Source: Candidatus Nanoarchaeia archaeon (GTDB taxonomy: Archaea; Nanobdellota; Nanobdellia; SCGC-AAA011-G17; GW2011-AR17). From it: a stretch of DNA of 64,000 nt. The stretch lies in NCBI GenBank assembly GCA_028706745.1, contig JAQTVM010000001.1, positions 12,399 to 76,398 of the forward strand. Reading direction: 5' to 3'. A program made the translations under genes and the position numbers. The notes beneath the pieces are model-generated. The model did not search any database. It was not told where the DNA came from and was given only the letters and a program-made list of their open reading frames with translations. This document shows positions 1-9,893 of the stretch, piece after piece; position 1 is the first letter of the stretch, and each line of letters begins with the position of its first letter.

Positions 1-29
1 TTGAAAAGCCCTTAACAGTGAGGGAAAGA

Positions 30-215
30 ATGGCGGAAAGAATTGGAATAAAGGACATTACATCAGACAAGGCAGAATACAGGTGCCCGAACTGCAAATA
101 CGAGTTTTCAAGGGCAAAAGCATTTCAGCTTACATGCTGCCCTTACTGCGGAAAGCCCGGCTTGGAAAAGAAGAAGCTGGTGCACCACGACTGGGTTGCC
201 GGAATGGAGCCTTAG
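30..215 (+). CDS. small zinc-ribbon protein (CPNC...CPYC)
   Basis: ATG at 30 in the frame of ORF 18..215; two CxxC pairs typical of a Zn ribbon; no further family recognised. Confidence 0.35.
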   Translation: MAERIGIKDITSDKAEYRCPNCKYEFSRAKAFQLTCCPYCGKPGLEKKKLVHHDWVAGMEP

Positions 216-300
216 TTTTCTTTTTAAAATTATTTTTAATAATTCTTATTTTCAATGTTATAATCTCTTAAAAAATAATTAAAGAATAAAAAATAGGATT

Positions 301-582
301 TTACTGCAAAACCCCAAAAGCCATGTAGTGCTTAATTGCAGGTATAGCCTCAAACCATTTGTCCTTGTTTTCATCGTGCCCCAAAAGCAAATGCGCAATG
401 TTGTTGTTTGCAGCAGCTTCGGGATATTTTCTTAGTATGTCTGAATACTGGTTTACTCTCAGCGCCTCGACATATTCAAAATAGAACTGCCTTATGTCGG
501 CAACAGTATTAAGTTTGTCCACTGCTGTCACCAGCACATTTTCTTTAGGATTTTCCCGCCTTAGTTTGTCCAATAAGCTCAT
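301..582 (-). CDS. hypothetical protein
   Basis: 93-aa ORF, no recognisable motif. Confidence 0.25.
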   Translation of the reverse strand: MSLLDKLRRENPKENVLVTAVDKLNTVADIRQFYFEYVEALRVNQYSDILRKYPEAAANNNIAHLLLGHDENKDKWFEAIPAIKHYMAFGVLQ

Positions 583-648
583 TTTAAATGCCTCCGCAAG
601 TTGATAAGAAGCAGAATAGCAGGCTTGTTTATAAGGATTATGCTTAAT

Positions 649-1551
649 TTAGAAAATAAAAGCAAGCACAAAAAAAAGCACATAAACCAAAGGCACCACT
701 CCAAGCATGCTGAACTCTGTCAGCCTGTGCATTCTCATCAGCTTTGCCTCCTGCTTTCTCTCGTGCAGCTCAAGCATTATAACATTGAGGATGAATGTAA
801 CAAGCAGTATGAAATAAGTCAATACCATAAACTTGTCTGCAAGAGTTAAATACCCTACAGGCGGAATCTGGTTTGAGATTGCTATGTGAAACATGACAGC
901 TGCAACCAGGCTTGAGCCCGCCATTCCCAATCTTGTTGTAATCTTGTCAGGGTCAAGCACAAAGCTGAACATGGTAACCATCATGATAAAGAACACAGGC
1001 AGGAATGTCTTCAGGAATGAGTTAAACACTATCCTTGAAATGTCAACATTGAATACATACTGCGAATATGTCTCATCATAGGGCTTGTAGTAATGCTCTG
1101 CAACGCTTGCTTCCCACCTGTCAATGTTCCAGCCTGTGAATGCAATGCTCTCATCAATTCCGCTTTCTTTCCCAATAGGAACATAAGCCAACTTGTCTAT
1201 TGTATTTTCCTTGTCCTCAAGTATAATCTGCATCTTCTGGCTGTCAAAAGGGAATGATTTCAAGTCAACAGGGCTGTTCAATGCAGCCTGTATCCTGTAG
1301 AACTTCTCGTTTGGCTCATCAATAATCCTGTCAACAGATGTGGCCCTTCCATTAACAAACTCAAAGTCAGAGCATTCATTATCACATTTCATTGAAAGAT
1401 AAAAGTCAGCTGTAAATGAGCCTGTGGAGATGTCAAACTTTCCAAGATTAAGTATGTACAAACCTACATCCACATTCTGCGCAGATGCCATTGGAGATGC
1501 TATTGAAAGCAGCATAACCAAAGCAAATGCAATCATTAAAATCTTCTTCAT
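649..1551 (-). CDS. pentameric ligand-gated ion channel (Cys-loop / GLIC-ELIC family) homolog
   Basis: Signal peptide (MKKILMIAFALVMLLSIASPMASA). The ~190-aa beta-rich ectodomain has FDISTGSFTADFYLSMKCD, resembling the beta1-beta2 region of pLGICs. Pre-M1 YYKPY...ISR is followed by four TM helices (M1-M4) with a short M3-M4 loop, as in prokaryotic pLGICs. Confidence 0.55.
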   Translation of the reverse strand: MKKILMIAFALVMLLSIASPMASAQNVDVGLYILNLGKFDISTGSFTADFYLSMKCDNECSDFEFVNGRATSVDRIIDEPNEKFYRIQAALNSPVDLKSFPFDSQKMQIILEDKENTIDKLAYVPIGKESGIDESIAFTGWNIDRWEASVAEHYYKPYDETYSQYVFNVDISRIVFNSFLKTFLPVFFIMMVTMFSFVLDPDKITTRLGMAGSSLVAAVMFHIAISNQIPPVGYLTLADKFMVLTYFILLVTFILNVIMLELHERKQEAKLMRMHRLTEFSMLGVVPLVYVLFFVLAFIF

Positions 1552-1663
1552 ATTGGAAGAATAATAAATGAGGTGTTTTATAAAGATTGCGGAATAATCT
1601 GAAAGCGGAAAACGGCTTTCCCGACGTAAGATTTAAATAAGCCCATAACTCTTATCCTCTATA

Positions 1664-4303
1664 ATGGACTTCAAGGCAATACAGGACAAGTGGCAGAAGC
1701 GCTGGGAAGAGAAGAAGATATTCAAAGTGAAAGAGAATTCAAAGAAAAAGAAGTTCTATGTCCTTGAGATGTTCCCTTACCCCTCTGCATCATACCTGCA
1801 CATGGGGCACGTAAGGAACTACACAATGGGCGACGTGGTCGCAAGATTCAAGCGAATGCAGGGCTTTAATGTTCTTTATCCCATGGGATATGACTCATTC
1901 GGACTGCCTGCAGAGAATGCAGCGAAAAAAGCAGGAATTCATCCAAAAGAATACACTGAAAACGCAATAACAAACATAATGGCTTACCAGAAAGCTTTGG
2001 GGAACAGTTATGACTGGGACAGGGTATTGGCAACGCACCGCCCTGAATACTACAAATGGAACCAGTATTTCTTCATCAAATTGTTTGAAAAAGGACTTGC
2101 ATACAGGGGGGAAGCGCCTGTCAATTTCTGCGATTCCTGCAACACAGTATTGGCGAATGAGGAAGTCGAGGCAGGCAAATGCTGGCGCTGCGGCACAGAA
2201 GTCACGACAAAATCCCTTAGCCAGTGGTTTTTGAAGACAACAGCATATACAGAGGAATTGCTGAATGACATTGACAAGCTTGACTGGTCTGACAAGATAA
2301 AGGAAATACAGAGGAACTGGATTGGCAAAAGCCACGGAACAATAATTAATTTCACAATTGACGGCAAAGTATGGCCTGTATTCACCACACGCTCCGACAC
2401 TGTTTTTGGCGTCACATTCATGGTAATATCAGCGCAGCATCCAAAGCTTAAAGAGCTTGTGAAAGGAACAAAAGAAGAAACAAGTGTTATGGCTTTCTCA
2501 GAAAAATGCAAAAAAGCAAGGTCAAGGGAAGAAATTGAAGAATTGGGGAAAGAAGGCGCCTTTACAGGCAAATATGCAGTCAATCCAATAACAAATGATA
2601 AAATACCTGTCTGGGCAGGAAACTTTGTTCTTGCAGAATACGGAAGCGGAATGGTAATGGCTGTCCCGACTCACGACCAAAGGGACTTTGAGTTTGCAAA
2701 GAAATACAGCCTGCCTTTGAAAGTTGTAATCCAGCCTAAGAATAAACAATTAAAAGAAAGTGAAATGTCAGAAGCATACACAGAAGAAGGTATTCTTGTC
2801 AATTCAGGGCAATTCAATAATATTGAAAATAAAACCGCAATTGAAAAAATAACAGATTACATTGAAAGCAAAAATCTTGGAAAAAGAACAGTCAATTACA
2901 AGATAAGGGACTGGCTAATCTCAAGGCAGAGATACTGGGGCACGCCAATACCAATGATTTACTGCGAAAAGTGCGGCATAGTGCCTGTGCCTGAGAAAGA
3001 GCTTCCACTCTTGCTGCCTGAAGATGTCTCGTTTACTGAAAAAGGCAATCCAATGCTTACAAGCAAAAAGTTCCAGAATGTTAAATGCCCGAAATGCGGG
3101 GCAAAGGCAAGAAGGGAAACAGACACAATGGGAGGATTTATGGACAGCAGCTGGTACTTCATGAGATACTGCTCTCCAAAGGAAAAGAAAACAGCTTTCA
3201 GCAAGGAATCAGTAGATTACTGGATGCCTGTTGACCAATATATCGGAGGCATAGAGCACGCTGTCGGGCATTTGATATACTCAAGATTTTTCACAAAGGC
3301 ATTAAGGGATATGGGGCTTTTGAAATGCGATGAGCCGTTCAATGCATTATTCAACCAAGGGATTGTTTACAGAGACGGCAAGAAAATGTCAAAGAGCGCA
3401 GGCAATGCAGTAATGCAGGATGAAATTGTAAAAGATTACGGCATTGACACTGCAAGATTGTTCCTGATGTTTGTAGCATCCCCTGAAAAGGAAATGGAGT
3501 GGAGCTCTGCAGGCATTGAAGGCAGTTTCAGGATTGTGCACAAGCTGATTTCATTGTTTGAGGATAAACCAAAAGGCAATGGGACAAAGGACAAGTTGAT
3601 AATCAGCAAAATGCACCGCACAATAAAGGAAGTGACTGCAGGTATTGAGGGGTTCAGGTTTAATAACTCGATTATTGCATTGATGGAATATGTGAATTAT
3701 TTGCATAGGGAGAAAGAAAATATATCTGAGAAAGTATGGAACAAGGCTTTGGAAACAGTGTGCGTATTGGCTTCTCCTTTCATGCCGCACATATGCGAGG
3801 AATGCTGGGAAAAGCTTGGCAACAAGCCGTTTGTATCTTTGGAAAAATGGCCTTCCTTTGACGAGAAGAAGATTGATTTGAAAGCTGAAGCAATTGAGCA
3901 GATTGCAGATAATGTTGCATCTGACATAAGAAAAGTCCTTGAGCTTGCAAAGATAGAGAAGCCTGCGAAAATCACTTTGTTTACAGCAAACAAATGGAAG
4001 TATGAGCTTGTAGAACAAGTGAAGAAATTAAACACAAGGAATGCAGGCGAGATAATAAAGTCAGTGATGCAAACATCCTTGAAACAGCACGGTCAGGATG
4101 TTATGAAAATTGTTCCTAAATTGGCAGAGAAGCTGCCTGAATTCGTGTTTGAGAAGAAAGAAGAGGAAAAAGCACTGAAAGATTCTGCTGCAGCGCTTGA
4201 AAAAGAGTTCAATTGCAAGATAGAAATTGTAGATGCAGAGAAAAGCACTCAGCAAAAGGCAAAACAGGCAATGCCGGCGAAGCCGGCGATACTGGCTGAG
4301 TAA
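1664..4303 (+). CDS. leuS: leucyl-tRNA synthetase (archaeal type)
   Basis: 879 aa; HMGH (class I HIGH) and KMSKS motifs; CP1 editing-domain features; overall LeuRS architecture. Confidence 0.9.
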   Translation: MDFKAIQDKWQKRWEEKKIFKVKENSKKKKFYVLEMFPYPSASYLHMGHVRNYTMGDVVARFKRMQGFNVLYPMGYDSFGLPAENAAKKAGIHPKEYTENAITNIMAYQKALGNSYDWDRVLATHRPEYYKWNQYFFIKLFEKGLAYRGEAPVNFCDSCNTVLANEEVEAGKCWRCGTEVTTKSLSQWFLKTTAYTEELLNDIDKLDWSDKIKEIQRNWIGKSHGTIINFTIDGKVWPVFTTRSDTVFGVTFMVISAQHPKLKELVKGTKEETSVMAFSEKCKKARSREEIEELGKEGAFTGKYAVNPITNDKIPVWAGNFVLAEYGSGMVMAVPTHDQRDFEFAKKYSLPLKVVIQPKNKQLKESEMSEAYTEEGILVNSGQFNNIENKTAIEKITDYIESKNLGKRTVNYKIRDWLISRQRYWGTPIPMIYCEKCGIVPVPEKELPLLLPEDVSFTEKGNPMLTSKKFQNVKCPKCGAKARRETDTMGGFMDSSWYFMRYCSPKEKKTAFSKESVDYWMPVDQYIGGIEHAVGHLIYSRFFTKALRDMGLLKCDEPFNALFNQGIVYRDGKKMSKSAGNAVMQDEIVKDYGIDTARLFLMFVASPEKEMEWSSAGIEGSFRIVHKLISLFEDKPKGNGTKDKLIISKMHRTIKEVTAGIEGFRFNNSIIALMEYVNYLHREKENISEKVWNKALETVCVLASPFMPHICEECWEKLGNKPFVSLEKWPSFDEKKIDLKAEAIEQIADNVASDIRKVLELAKIEKPAKITLFTANKWKYELVEQVKKLNTRNAGEIIKSVMQTSLKQHGQDVMKIVPKLAEKLPEFVFEKKEEEKALKDSAAALEKEFNCKIEIVDAEKSTQQKAKQAMPAKPAILAE

Positions 4304-4341
4304 TGCAAACTATTTTAAACATCGTTCTACACTAAATTCAC

Positions 4342-4899
4342 ATGCACGACAAATACACAGACAAGGCACTGGCTGAGGGCATGCGCGCAAGAAGCGCTTT
4401 CAAGCTCATTCAGGTTAATGAGAAGTACCACATTGTGAAGAGAGGGAATGACGTTCTTGACTTGGGCTGCTGGCCAGGCGGCTGGATGATTGCTTCAAAA
4501 CGGATGGGCGCAAACAAGGTTGTAGGCATTGATTTGTCAAAGATAGAGCCTGTTGTCGGAGCTGAATTCATACAGGGAAGCGTGACTGAAAAGAAAACAT
4601 TAAATAAACTAAAAGGCGCCTTTGATGTTATCCTGAGCGACCTGGCTCCAAAAACATCAGGCATACGAAACCTTGATGTAGCGAGATCTTTAGACTTAAC
4701 AAATACAGCGCTGAAGATTGCAATAAAGCATCTGAAAATAAACGGGAACTTTTTGGTCAAGGTATTTCAGGGAGAAGGATACCAGGAATTCTTCAGGGAA
4801 GTTAACAAGCATTTCCTCTTTGTGAAGACAGTGAAGCCAGAGGCATCAAGGCAAAGGAGCATGGAAGTTTATCTTTTGGGCATTGGCTTCAAGGGCTAA
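4342..4899 (+). CDS. rlmE: 23S rRNA 2'-O-methyltransferase RlmE/FtsJ
   Basis: ARSAFKL motif; LDLGCWPGGW SAM-binding motif; ~185 aa, typical FtsJ/RrmJ size. Confidence 0.8.
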   Translation: MHDKYTDKALAEGMRARSAFKLIQVNEKYHIVKRGNDVLDLGCWPGGWMIASKRMGANKVVGIDLSKIEPVVGAEFIQGSVTEKKTLNKLKGAFDVILSDLAPKTSGIRNLDVARSLDLTNTALKIAIKHLKINGNFLVKVFQGEGYQEFFREVNKHFLFVKTVKPEASRQRSMEVYLLGIGFKG

Positions 4900-5900
4900 T
4901 TAACCCTGAAATCAACACAGCCCCTGATAATACCCGGCCCGTACGTCCCGCACTGCACAGAATTAAGCAAAATAGCTTTTGGAAAGTATTTCTTTACCTT
5001 ATCAAAAGTCTCAGCCGGAAAAACATCCTGATTAAGAATCTCATAAATATGAATGACAGCAGAAGGCTTTGCAGCCTCTTTTGCAATGTCAAGGAAATCA
5101 GAAGCGCTCTTAGGCAAAGGCATTAAAATCCGGTCAAACTTCAATCCAAGCTTAGGCACAATCTTCCGCACATCGCCGCAAAACACCTTCACATTATTCA
5201 ATTTATTAATCTTCACATTCTCCAAAGCATATTTGTGAGCAGAAGGATTAATCTCAATTCCGTAAACCTCTTTTGCAGGAGTGTTCTTTGCAATCACGCA
5301 ATTGTAAGGCCCAACTCCTGAAAACATGACAAGAACTGATTCCCCTTGCTTAACTTGCCTTGCAACCCTCAGCCTTTCAGTGCTTAGCCTTGGAGAGAAA
5401 TAACAGGTCTCTGCATTCAGCTTAATCAAAACATTATTCTCTTTGCAGATTGTTTCTTTCCTTTTTGCGCCTGCAATAATCTTCAGCTTTTGCGTCCTGA
5501 AAACCCCTGAATGAATGCCTGCTTTTTTTGCAACAACTTTAATATGCCTGTTCAAAGACAAAAGCGCCTTTCCAATCATTGCCTCCTTCTTAACAAGTTC
5601 TGCAGGAATCTCGACAATTGCAATATCCCCTAAAGTGTCAAAAGCCCTTGGCAGTATTTCAAGCTGTTTTGCAGTTAATTTATTCTTTAATGCCTCATAT
5701 AAATTGCGAGGTTGCAATTCTCTCTTTTTAAGGGAGACATCAACAATCTCGAGCCCTTTAAGCCCTTTAACAGAAATAACAGGTATAATCAGGTGTTCTT
5801 TCTCAATCTTCAGGGCGTGCGAGCTGTCAAAAAGCCCCTTGGATTTCAGCATCTGCATTGTTTTCTCAGCATCTTTCTTAAGCACTTTTACCGCTTTCAT
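4896..5900 (-). CDS. trm5: tRNA methyltransferase of the Met-10+/Trm5-Taw2 family (tRNA m1G37 MTase-like)
   Basis: Class I SAM-MTase motifs (FSGVGPYNCVIA, VYGIEINPSA); architecture of archaeal Trm5b/Taw2. Confidence 0.6.
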   Translation of the reverse strand: MKAVKVLKKDAEKTMQMLKSKGLFDSSHALKIEKEHLIIPVISVKGLKGLEIVDVSLKKRELQPRNLYEALKNKLTAKQLEILPRAFDTLGDIAIVEIPAELVKKEAMIGKALLSLNRHIKVVAKKAGIHSGVFRTQKLKIIAGAKRKETICKENNVLIKLNAETCYFSPRLSTERLRVARQVKQGESVLVMFSGVGPYNCVIAKNTPAKEVYGIEINPSAHKYALENVKINKLNNVKVFCGDVRKIVPKLGLKFDRILMPLPKSASDFLDIAKEAAKPSAVIHIYEILNQDVFPAETFDKVKKYFPKAILLNSVQCGTYGPGIIRGCVDFRVN

Positions 5901-6014
5901 AAGCTAGAAGTTGCATATTCTGATTATAATACTTTCTGTAAGCAAGAACAAACAGAAAACCCGAACTAAAGTAAGAGCGTTAAGGGCATAAAAGAAACTG
6001 AAAGGAAAAAAGAA

Positions 6015-6063
6015 AGGCGGGGAAGAATTGGGTTGGGAAAAGAGGTGTTGTTTCCCCGCCTTG
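6015..6063. other. perfect 11-bp stem hairpin (AAGGCGGGGAA ... TTCCCCGCCTT) with 27-nt loop in an intergenic region
   Basis: seen directly; located between convergent or divergent genes at 5900-6265. Confidence 0.6.
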
Positions 6064-6265
6064 CTTGAACATTGACTTTTGGGAGGTGTCTGTTCAGGTA
6101 TACAAATTATATTGATGCAGGGTTTATAAAGCACTGTGAAAACCATATCTATAATAGTAATGCGTAAAGCTTAAAAAGGGTTTTTCGAGGGATTTTTCGT
6201 CGTGAAATCGGCGCATTAAGCCTTTTTCAGCAAGGTTTATAAATAAAGGAGAGAATAGATTAAAC

Positions 6266-6955
6266 ATGGTGGATTTAATAGTATCAATAAACGGGCCTGC
6301 ATGGTTCAACACATTTGACTCAATATTCCAGCTGCTTTTTGCAGTAATAACGCTCATAATCTGCGGATTCAGCTACAAGGCTTACCGCTTATTGCAGGAA
6401 AGAAGATACAAGTACTTTTCAGTCGGCTTTTTGATGATTTCAGCAGGTTTCTTTGTCCTGTCGCTTTCAAATCTTCTTATCTATCTCCATGTTTATGACG
6501 GGATAGTAACCAGGCTTGGCGGGCTTAATGTTGCAAATCTGCTTTATATGGGGCATATATTCCTCTTGCTTTTCGGCTATATGCTGCTTCTGGTAGTTGC
6601 AATGAAGCTCCAGCAGAGGCGCCTTACTGCGCTTTTATTTGCGTTTATTATACTATTTACTGTCTTTTCATACCAGTATTACCTTAAATTCCATATGATA
6701 TCCTTCATGCTCCTTGCATTCATGGCATGGCAGTTTTATGACAATTACAGGGAAAAGAAAAACCTTAACTCAGGGCTTGTGTTTTCAACATTCTACATGC
6801 TTGCATTTGCAGAGCTGTTTTTGCTGGCAATGGTTTTTATGCCTATATTATATGTTGTCGGGCATATACTGCAGCTGATAGGATACGGGCTATTGCTTTT
6901 GATGTTCATACTGGTTCATAAGGCAACAAAGGCAGTAAAATCAAAGAGGAAATAA
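6266..6955 (+). CDS. polytopic membrane protein, function unknown
   Basis: 229 aa with about 6-7 hydrophobic helices. Confidence 0.4.
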   Translation: MVDLIVSINGPAWFNTFDSIFQLLFAVITLIICGFSYKAYRLLQERRYKYFSVGFLMISAGFFVLSLSNLLIYLHVYDGIVTRLGGLNVANLLYMGHIFLLLFGYMLLLVVAMKLQQRRLTALLFAFIILFTVFSYQYYLKFHMISFMLLAFMAWQFYDNYREKKNLNSGLVFSTFYMLAFAELFLLAMVFMPILYVVGHILQLIGYGLLLLMFILVHKATKAVKSKRK

Positions 6956-6956
6956 G

Positions 6957-7238
6957 ATGGCTGAGCGAAGAAACAGGCTGGAAATAATATACGATATTCT
7001 CAAGTCAATACAGGACAAGAGAAACATGATGATTAAGCCGACTCATCTGCTCTATAAGTCAAACCTTTCCCACGACGGCATGAAAAGATACATTGACGAG
7101 CTTAAGGCAAGCAACATGATTATGGAAACAGAGGACCCTAAGACAAAAAACAAGATGTTCACATTGACTGAAAAAGGCTTGAAATTTCTTGAAGAGTACA
7201 ACAAGGTAAGGGCATTTACTGACAGCTTTGGAATCTGA
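6957..7238 (+). CDS. winged-helix DNA-binding protein (putative transcription regulator)
   Basis: 93 aa; pattern RLEIIYDIL...MKRYIDEL...TLTEKG typical of small archaeal wHTH regulators. Confidence 0.4.
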   Translation: MAERRNRLEIIYDILKSIQDKRNMMIKPTHLLYKSNLSHDGMKRYIDELKASNMIMETEDPKTKNKMFTLTEKGLKFLEEYNKVRAFTDSFGI

Positions 7239-8285
7239 TCATTTAAAGCTAAACAATCTAGTTTGCTTTTTTTCCTCTTTCTGCTTTTTCAGCTGCTCAA
7301 ACCCGGATTCAACCCTTTCAACAGAAAACTGGTGCTTGTCAATAAGTATTTTTCTTATTTTTTCCTCATCAAAATCATTAAACTCAATCTTGTAATCATT
7401 TAAAACAGGCATCTTCCTGAAAACATCCATTATCTCATCCAAATCAAACTCAGCGCCCATTTCTTCAATCTCTTTTTTAATCTCGGAAACTGATTTCTCC
7501 ATCACAAGCTTCAATGCTTTCTTTGAACCAATGCCCTTCACTCCGCCCGGATTAAAATCAGTGCCAACCAATACAGAAAGCAAAAGCAATTGCTCCTGGT
7601 TAATATTCAATGACGCAAGCGCTTCCTTAAGCTCAATCATCACTGGATAAATTTTTACATAACTACCATTTGGCATTTTCCTTTTTTCAGCAAGAGTCAA
7701 ATTTTGTATTACTTTGGGAGTTCCGTAAACCAGCGCATCATAATCCTGCGAAGCAACTGCCCATGCATCTGCATTCCTGCAAATCAATGAAGCCTGCGCC
7801 TCTGCCTCAGAGGGGGCCTGTATCACAGGCAAGCCAAAAGCAGATATCAATTCCTGCGCTTCCTTAATCATGTCCTTTGTCAGCTTCACAGACTGCCTTG
7901 AGTATTTCAGCATCTCTTCCTCATTGCCTTCCTCTTTTGCAATCTCAAACTTTTCATTTGCCTTCTCTTTTAACCCCCTTCTTCTTTCAATCTCCTGCTT
8001 CTTGAGCAAAGGAGGCTTTCCGTCAAAAACAAACACAGGCTTTATTCCCATTTCCATTAATCTGATTGTCCTGGGAAACAACCCAACAAGATGGCTTGTC
8101 ACATTGCCTTTTGAATCAGTTAGAAGGGTTCCGTCAGGCTTTCTTATCGAGCTTAGGAACTGGTAAAGGACATTCGGAGTATCGATTGCAATTGTCCTGC
8201 CTTTAAGCTCATCCCACTTTAGCTCTTTTCTTGGTATAATCTCAGTAAGCTTTACGCCCATAGAGAGTAGAGAGGAATAAGGCAA
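7239..8285 (-). CDS. fen: flap endonuclease 1
   Basis: 348 aa; N-terminal MGVKL...IAIDT, XPG N and I domains, C-terminal PCNA-interaction region. Confidence 0.9.
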   Translation of the reverse strand: MPYSSLLSMGVKLTEIIPRKELKWDELKGRTIAIDTPNVLYQFLSSIRKPDGTLLTDSKGNVTSHLVGLFPRTIRLMEMGIKPVFVFDGKPPLLKKQEIERRRGLKEKANEKFEIAKEEGNEEEMLKYSRQSVKLTKDMIKEAQELISAFGLPVIQAPSEAEAQASLICRNADAWAVASQDYDALVYGTPKVIQNLTLAEKRKMPNGSYVKIYPVMIELKEALASLNINQEQLLLLSVLVGTDFNPGGVKGIGSKKALKLVMEKSVSEIKKEIEEMGAEFDLDEIMDVFRKMPVLNDYKIEFNDFDEEKIRKILIDKHQFSVERVESGFEQLKKQKEEKKQTRLFSFK

Positions 8286-8361
8286 ATATAAATGTATTGC
8301 AGGTTATGGAAATGTTTATATCCTTGCAAACAATTGACAAACAGAAAAAGGGGCAGATATT

Positions 8362-8988
8362 TTGATTAAAAGCAAATGTTTCTGGCACGGGTGGAAGTAT
8401 GACTATGGGCTGCATAATAAAAAAGCAGAGGGGCTGCTCAACAATGGCTTTTCAGGATTAAAAGATTACCTTAATTCATTATTCACAAAATGCCCTGATG
8501 ATTATTTCAAGAACGGCCCAAGGGGCTCAAAGCTGAGATTCCAGCTTCCCAACCTTGACATAAAAAGGCACAATGACCACGAAGTAAGCTTATTGTGCAG
8601 CTACGGAATTGACATCAATGCGGAACGCTTCAAGTCAGAACACATGAAAGTCCAGATGTTCATGCTTGAAAATGACAAGAAAACAATTGCAATGGAAATC
8701 CCTGTCTGGTTTTCTTCTGAAGAAACACAGGAGCATAAGCCTATTGCAGGAAACTTCCCTCTCACCGGGCATATTGACCTGTTGAGAATAGAAGACAATA
8801 AAGTTTGGGTATGGGATTACAAGCCGAATGCGCAGAATGAAAAATACGCTGCAACACAAACCTATTTTTACGCATTAATGCTCAGCAAGAGGACAGGAAT
8901 TCCTATTGAAAATTTCATGTGCGGATGGTTTGACACCGCAAACGCGTTTGTATTCAGGCCAAATGCAAAATTTCTCGCAGAATACTGA
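8362..8988 (+). CDS. PD-(D/E)xK nuclease, Cas4/RecB-like (QxxxY motif), lacking the Cys cluster
   Basis: GHIDLLRIED (motif II), VWDYK (motif III D-x-K), ATQTYFY (QxxxY); no C-terminal Cys triad. Confidence 0.45.
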   Translation: MIKSKCFWHGWKYDYGLHNKKAEGLLNNGFSGLKDYLNSLFTKCPDDYFKNGPRGSKLRFQLPNLDIKRHNDHEVSLLCSYGIDINAERFKSEHMKVQMFMLENDKKTIAMEIPVWFSSEETQEHKPIAGNFPLTGHIDLLRIEDNKVWVWDYKPNAQNEKYAATQTYFYALMLSKRTGIPIENFMCGWFDTANAFVFRPNAKFLAEY

Positions 8989-8993
8989 AAGAG

Positions 8994-9872
8994 CTAGCTG
9001 TCTTCCCTGAACTGCAATTTTCTTATCAGCACTTCGAGCGGCTCAAGCCACGTTTTGTAAGTGCCGTAAGCCTCTATTTTCAGCTTTCCTTCAAAAAAAG
9101 ACCTGTTCATAAGTTCAGGATATTCAGGAAAATAATTGCCAACATCAAACTCAAAGTCGTACAGCCTTGCAATTGCGGGCGAAGCATATTCCTGCAGATG
9201 CCTTAATCCTGCATCAAACCCTTTTCTCTTTGCTTTTTTCAGCGCCGTCTTGTATATTCCTTTTGATGCCCTTATGCCCCTGTTTGCGCATATGTCAAAG
9301 CATAAGTCATAAAGGAGCAGGTATTTTCCATCTTCAATAAACCTCAGCCACGGAGATGAGTCAGAAAATACAGCCTCATCCCATTGAGGGATTATGTTTT
9401 GCGAAAACCTGTCAAGCACTTTTTCAAGCTCTTCCTCGCCGCAGTTCTGAACAAGAAGCTGTGTTTGTATGAAGCTGCTGCTAAGCCCAAGATATCTCTT
9501 GCCATAGCCGCCAATAACAGTTTCAATCACAGTTGCAGTTGCTTCCTCAATAAAATCACCTGCAGGAGAAACAAGCCCCAAGGCAGAAACTGTATTATGC
9601 CACTGCTCGTGAGCTATTATTGCCTTATCAGGATTTTCATCAGCATAGAGAGTTTCAGCCCCTGCAAAAGCGCCAGTCGTGCCAAGATAAGCAAGATGCT
9701 CTTTTTCAAGCTTAAAAAACGCTTCCTCTGCAAAACGGCATCCTGCCTTGTCATATTCATCCTGCGCTGACACATCAACATACAGCTTTACAGAATCCTT
9801 TACACGTCTGCAAGCCAAAAGTTCTGCCAGATAAGACATAAAATCGATAATCTTCTGCTGATTTATAAGCAT
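8994..9872 (-). CDS. hypothetical protein with HExxH (HEQWH) motif
   Basis: 292-aa ORF; single HExxH motif, otherwise unrecognised. Confidence 0.3.
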   Translation of the reverse strand: MLINQQKIIDFMSYLAELLACRRVKDSVKLYVDVSAQDEYDKAGCRFAEEAFFKLEKEHLAYLGTTGAFAGAETLYADENPDKAIIAHEQWHNTVSALGLVSPAGDFIEEATATVIETVIGGYGKRYLGLSSSFIQTQLLVQNCGEEELEKVLDRFSQNIIPQWDEAVFSDSSPWLRFIEDGKYLLLYDLCFDICANRGIRASKGIYKTALKKAKRKGFDAGLRHLQEYASPAIARLYDFEFDVGNYFPEYPELMNRSFFEGKLKIEAYGTYKTWLEPLEVLIRKLQFREDS

Positions 9873-9893
9873 TTATGTAATGCAGTTCAATAA

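Noticed and set aside
1895-4255. Numerous antisense ORFs inside leuS (e.g. 1895..2335 -, 2050..2583 -, 3551..4018 -) and similar shadow ORFs inside cdc48, nrdD, mcm, ileS and polD
   Set aside because: They lie opposite long, strongly supported genes, have low-complexity or Cys/Phe/Ser-rich translations and no motifs. Typical shadow ORFs of AT-rich sequence.
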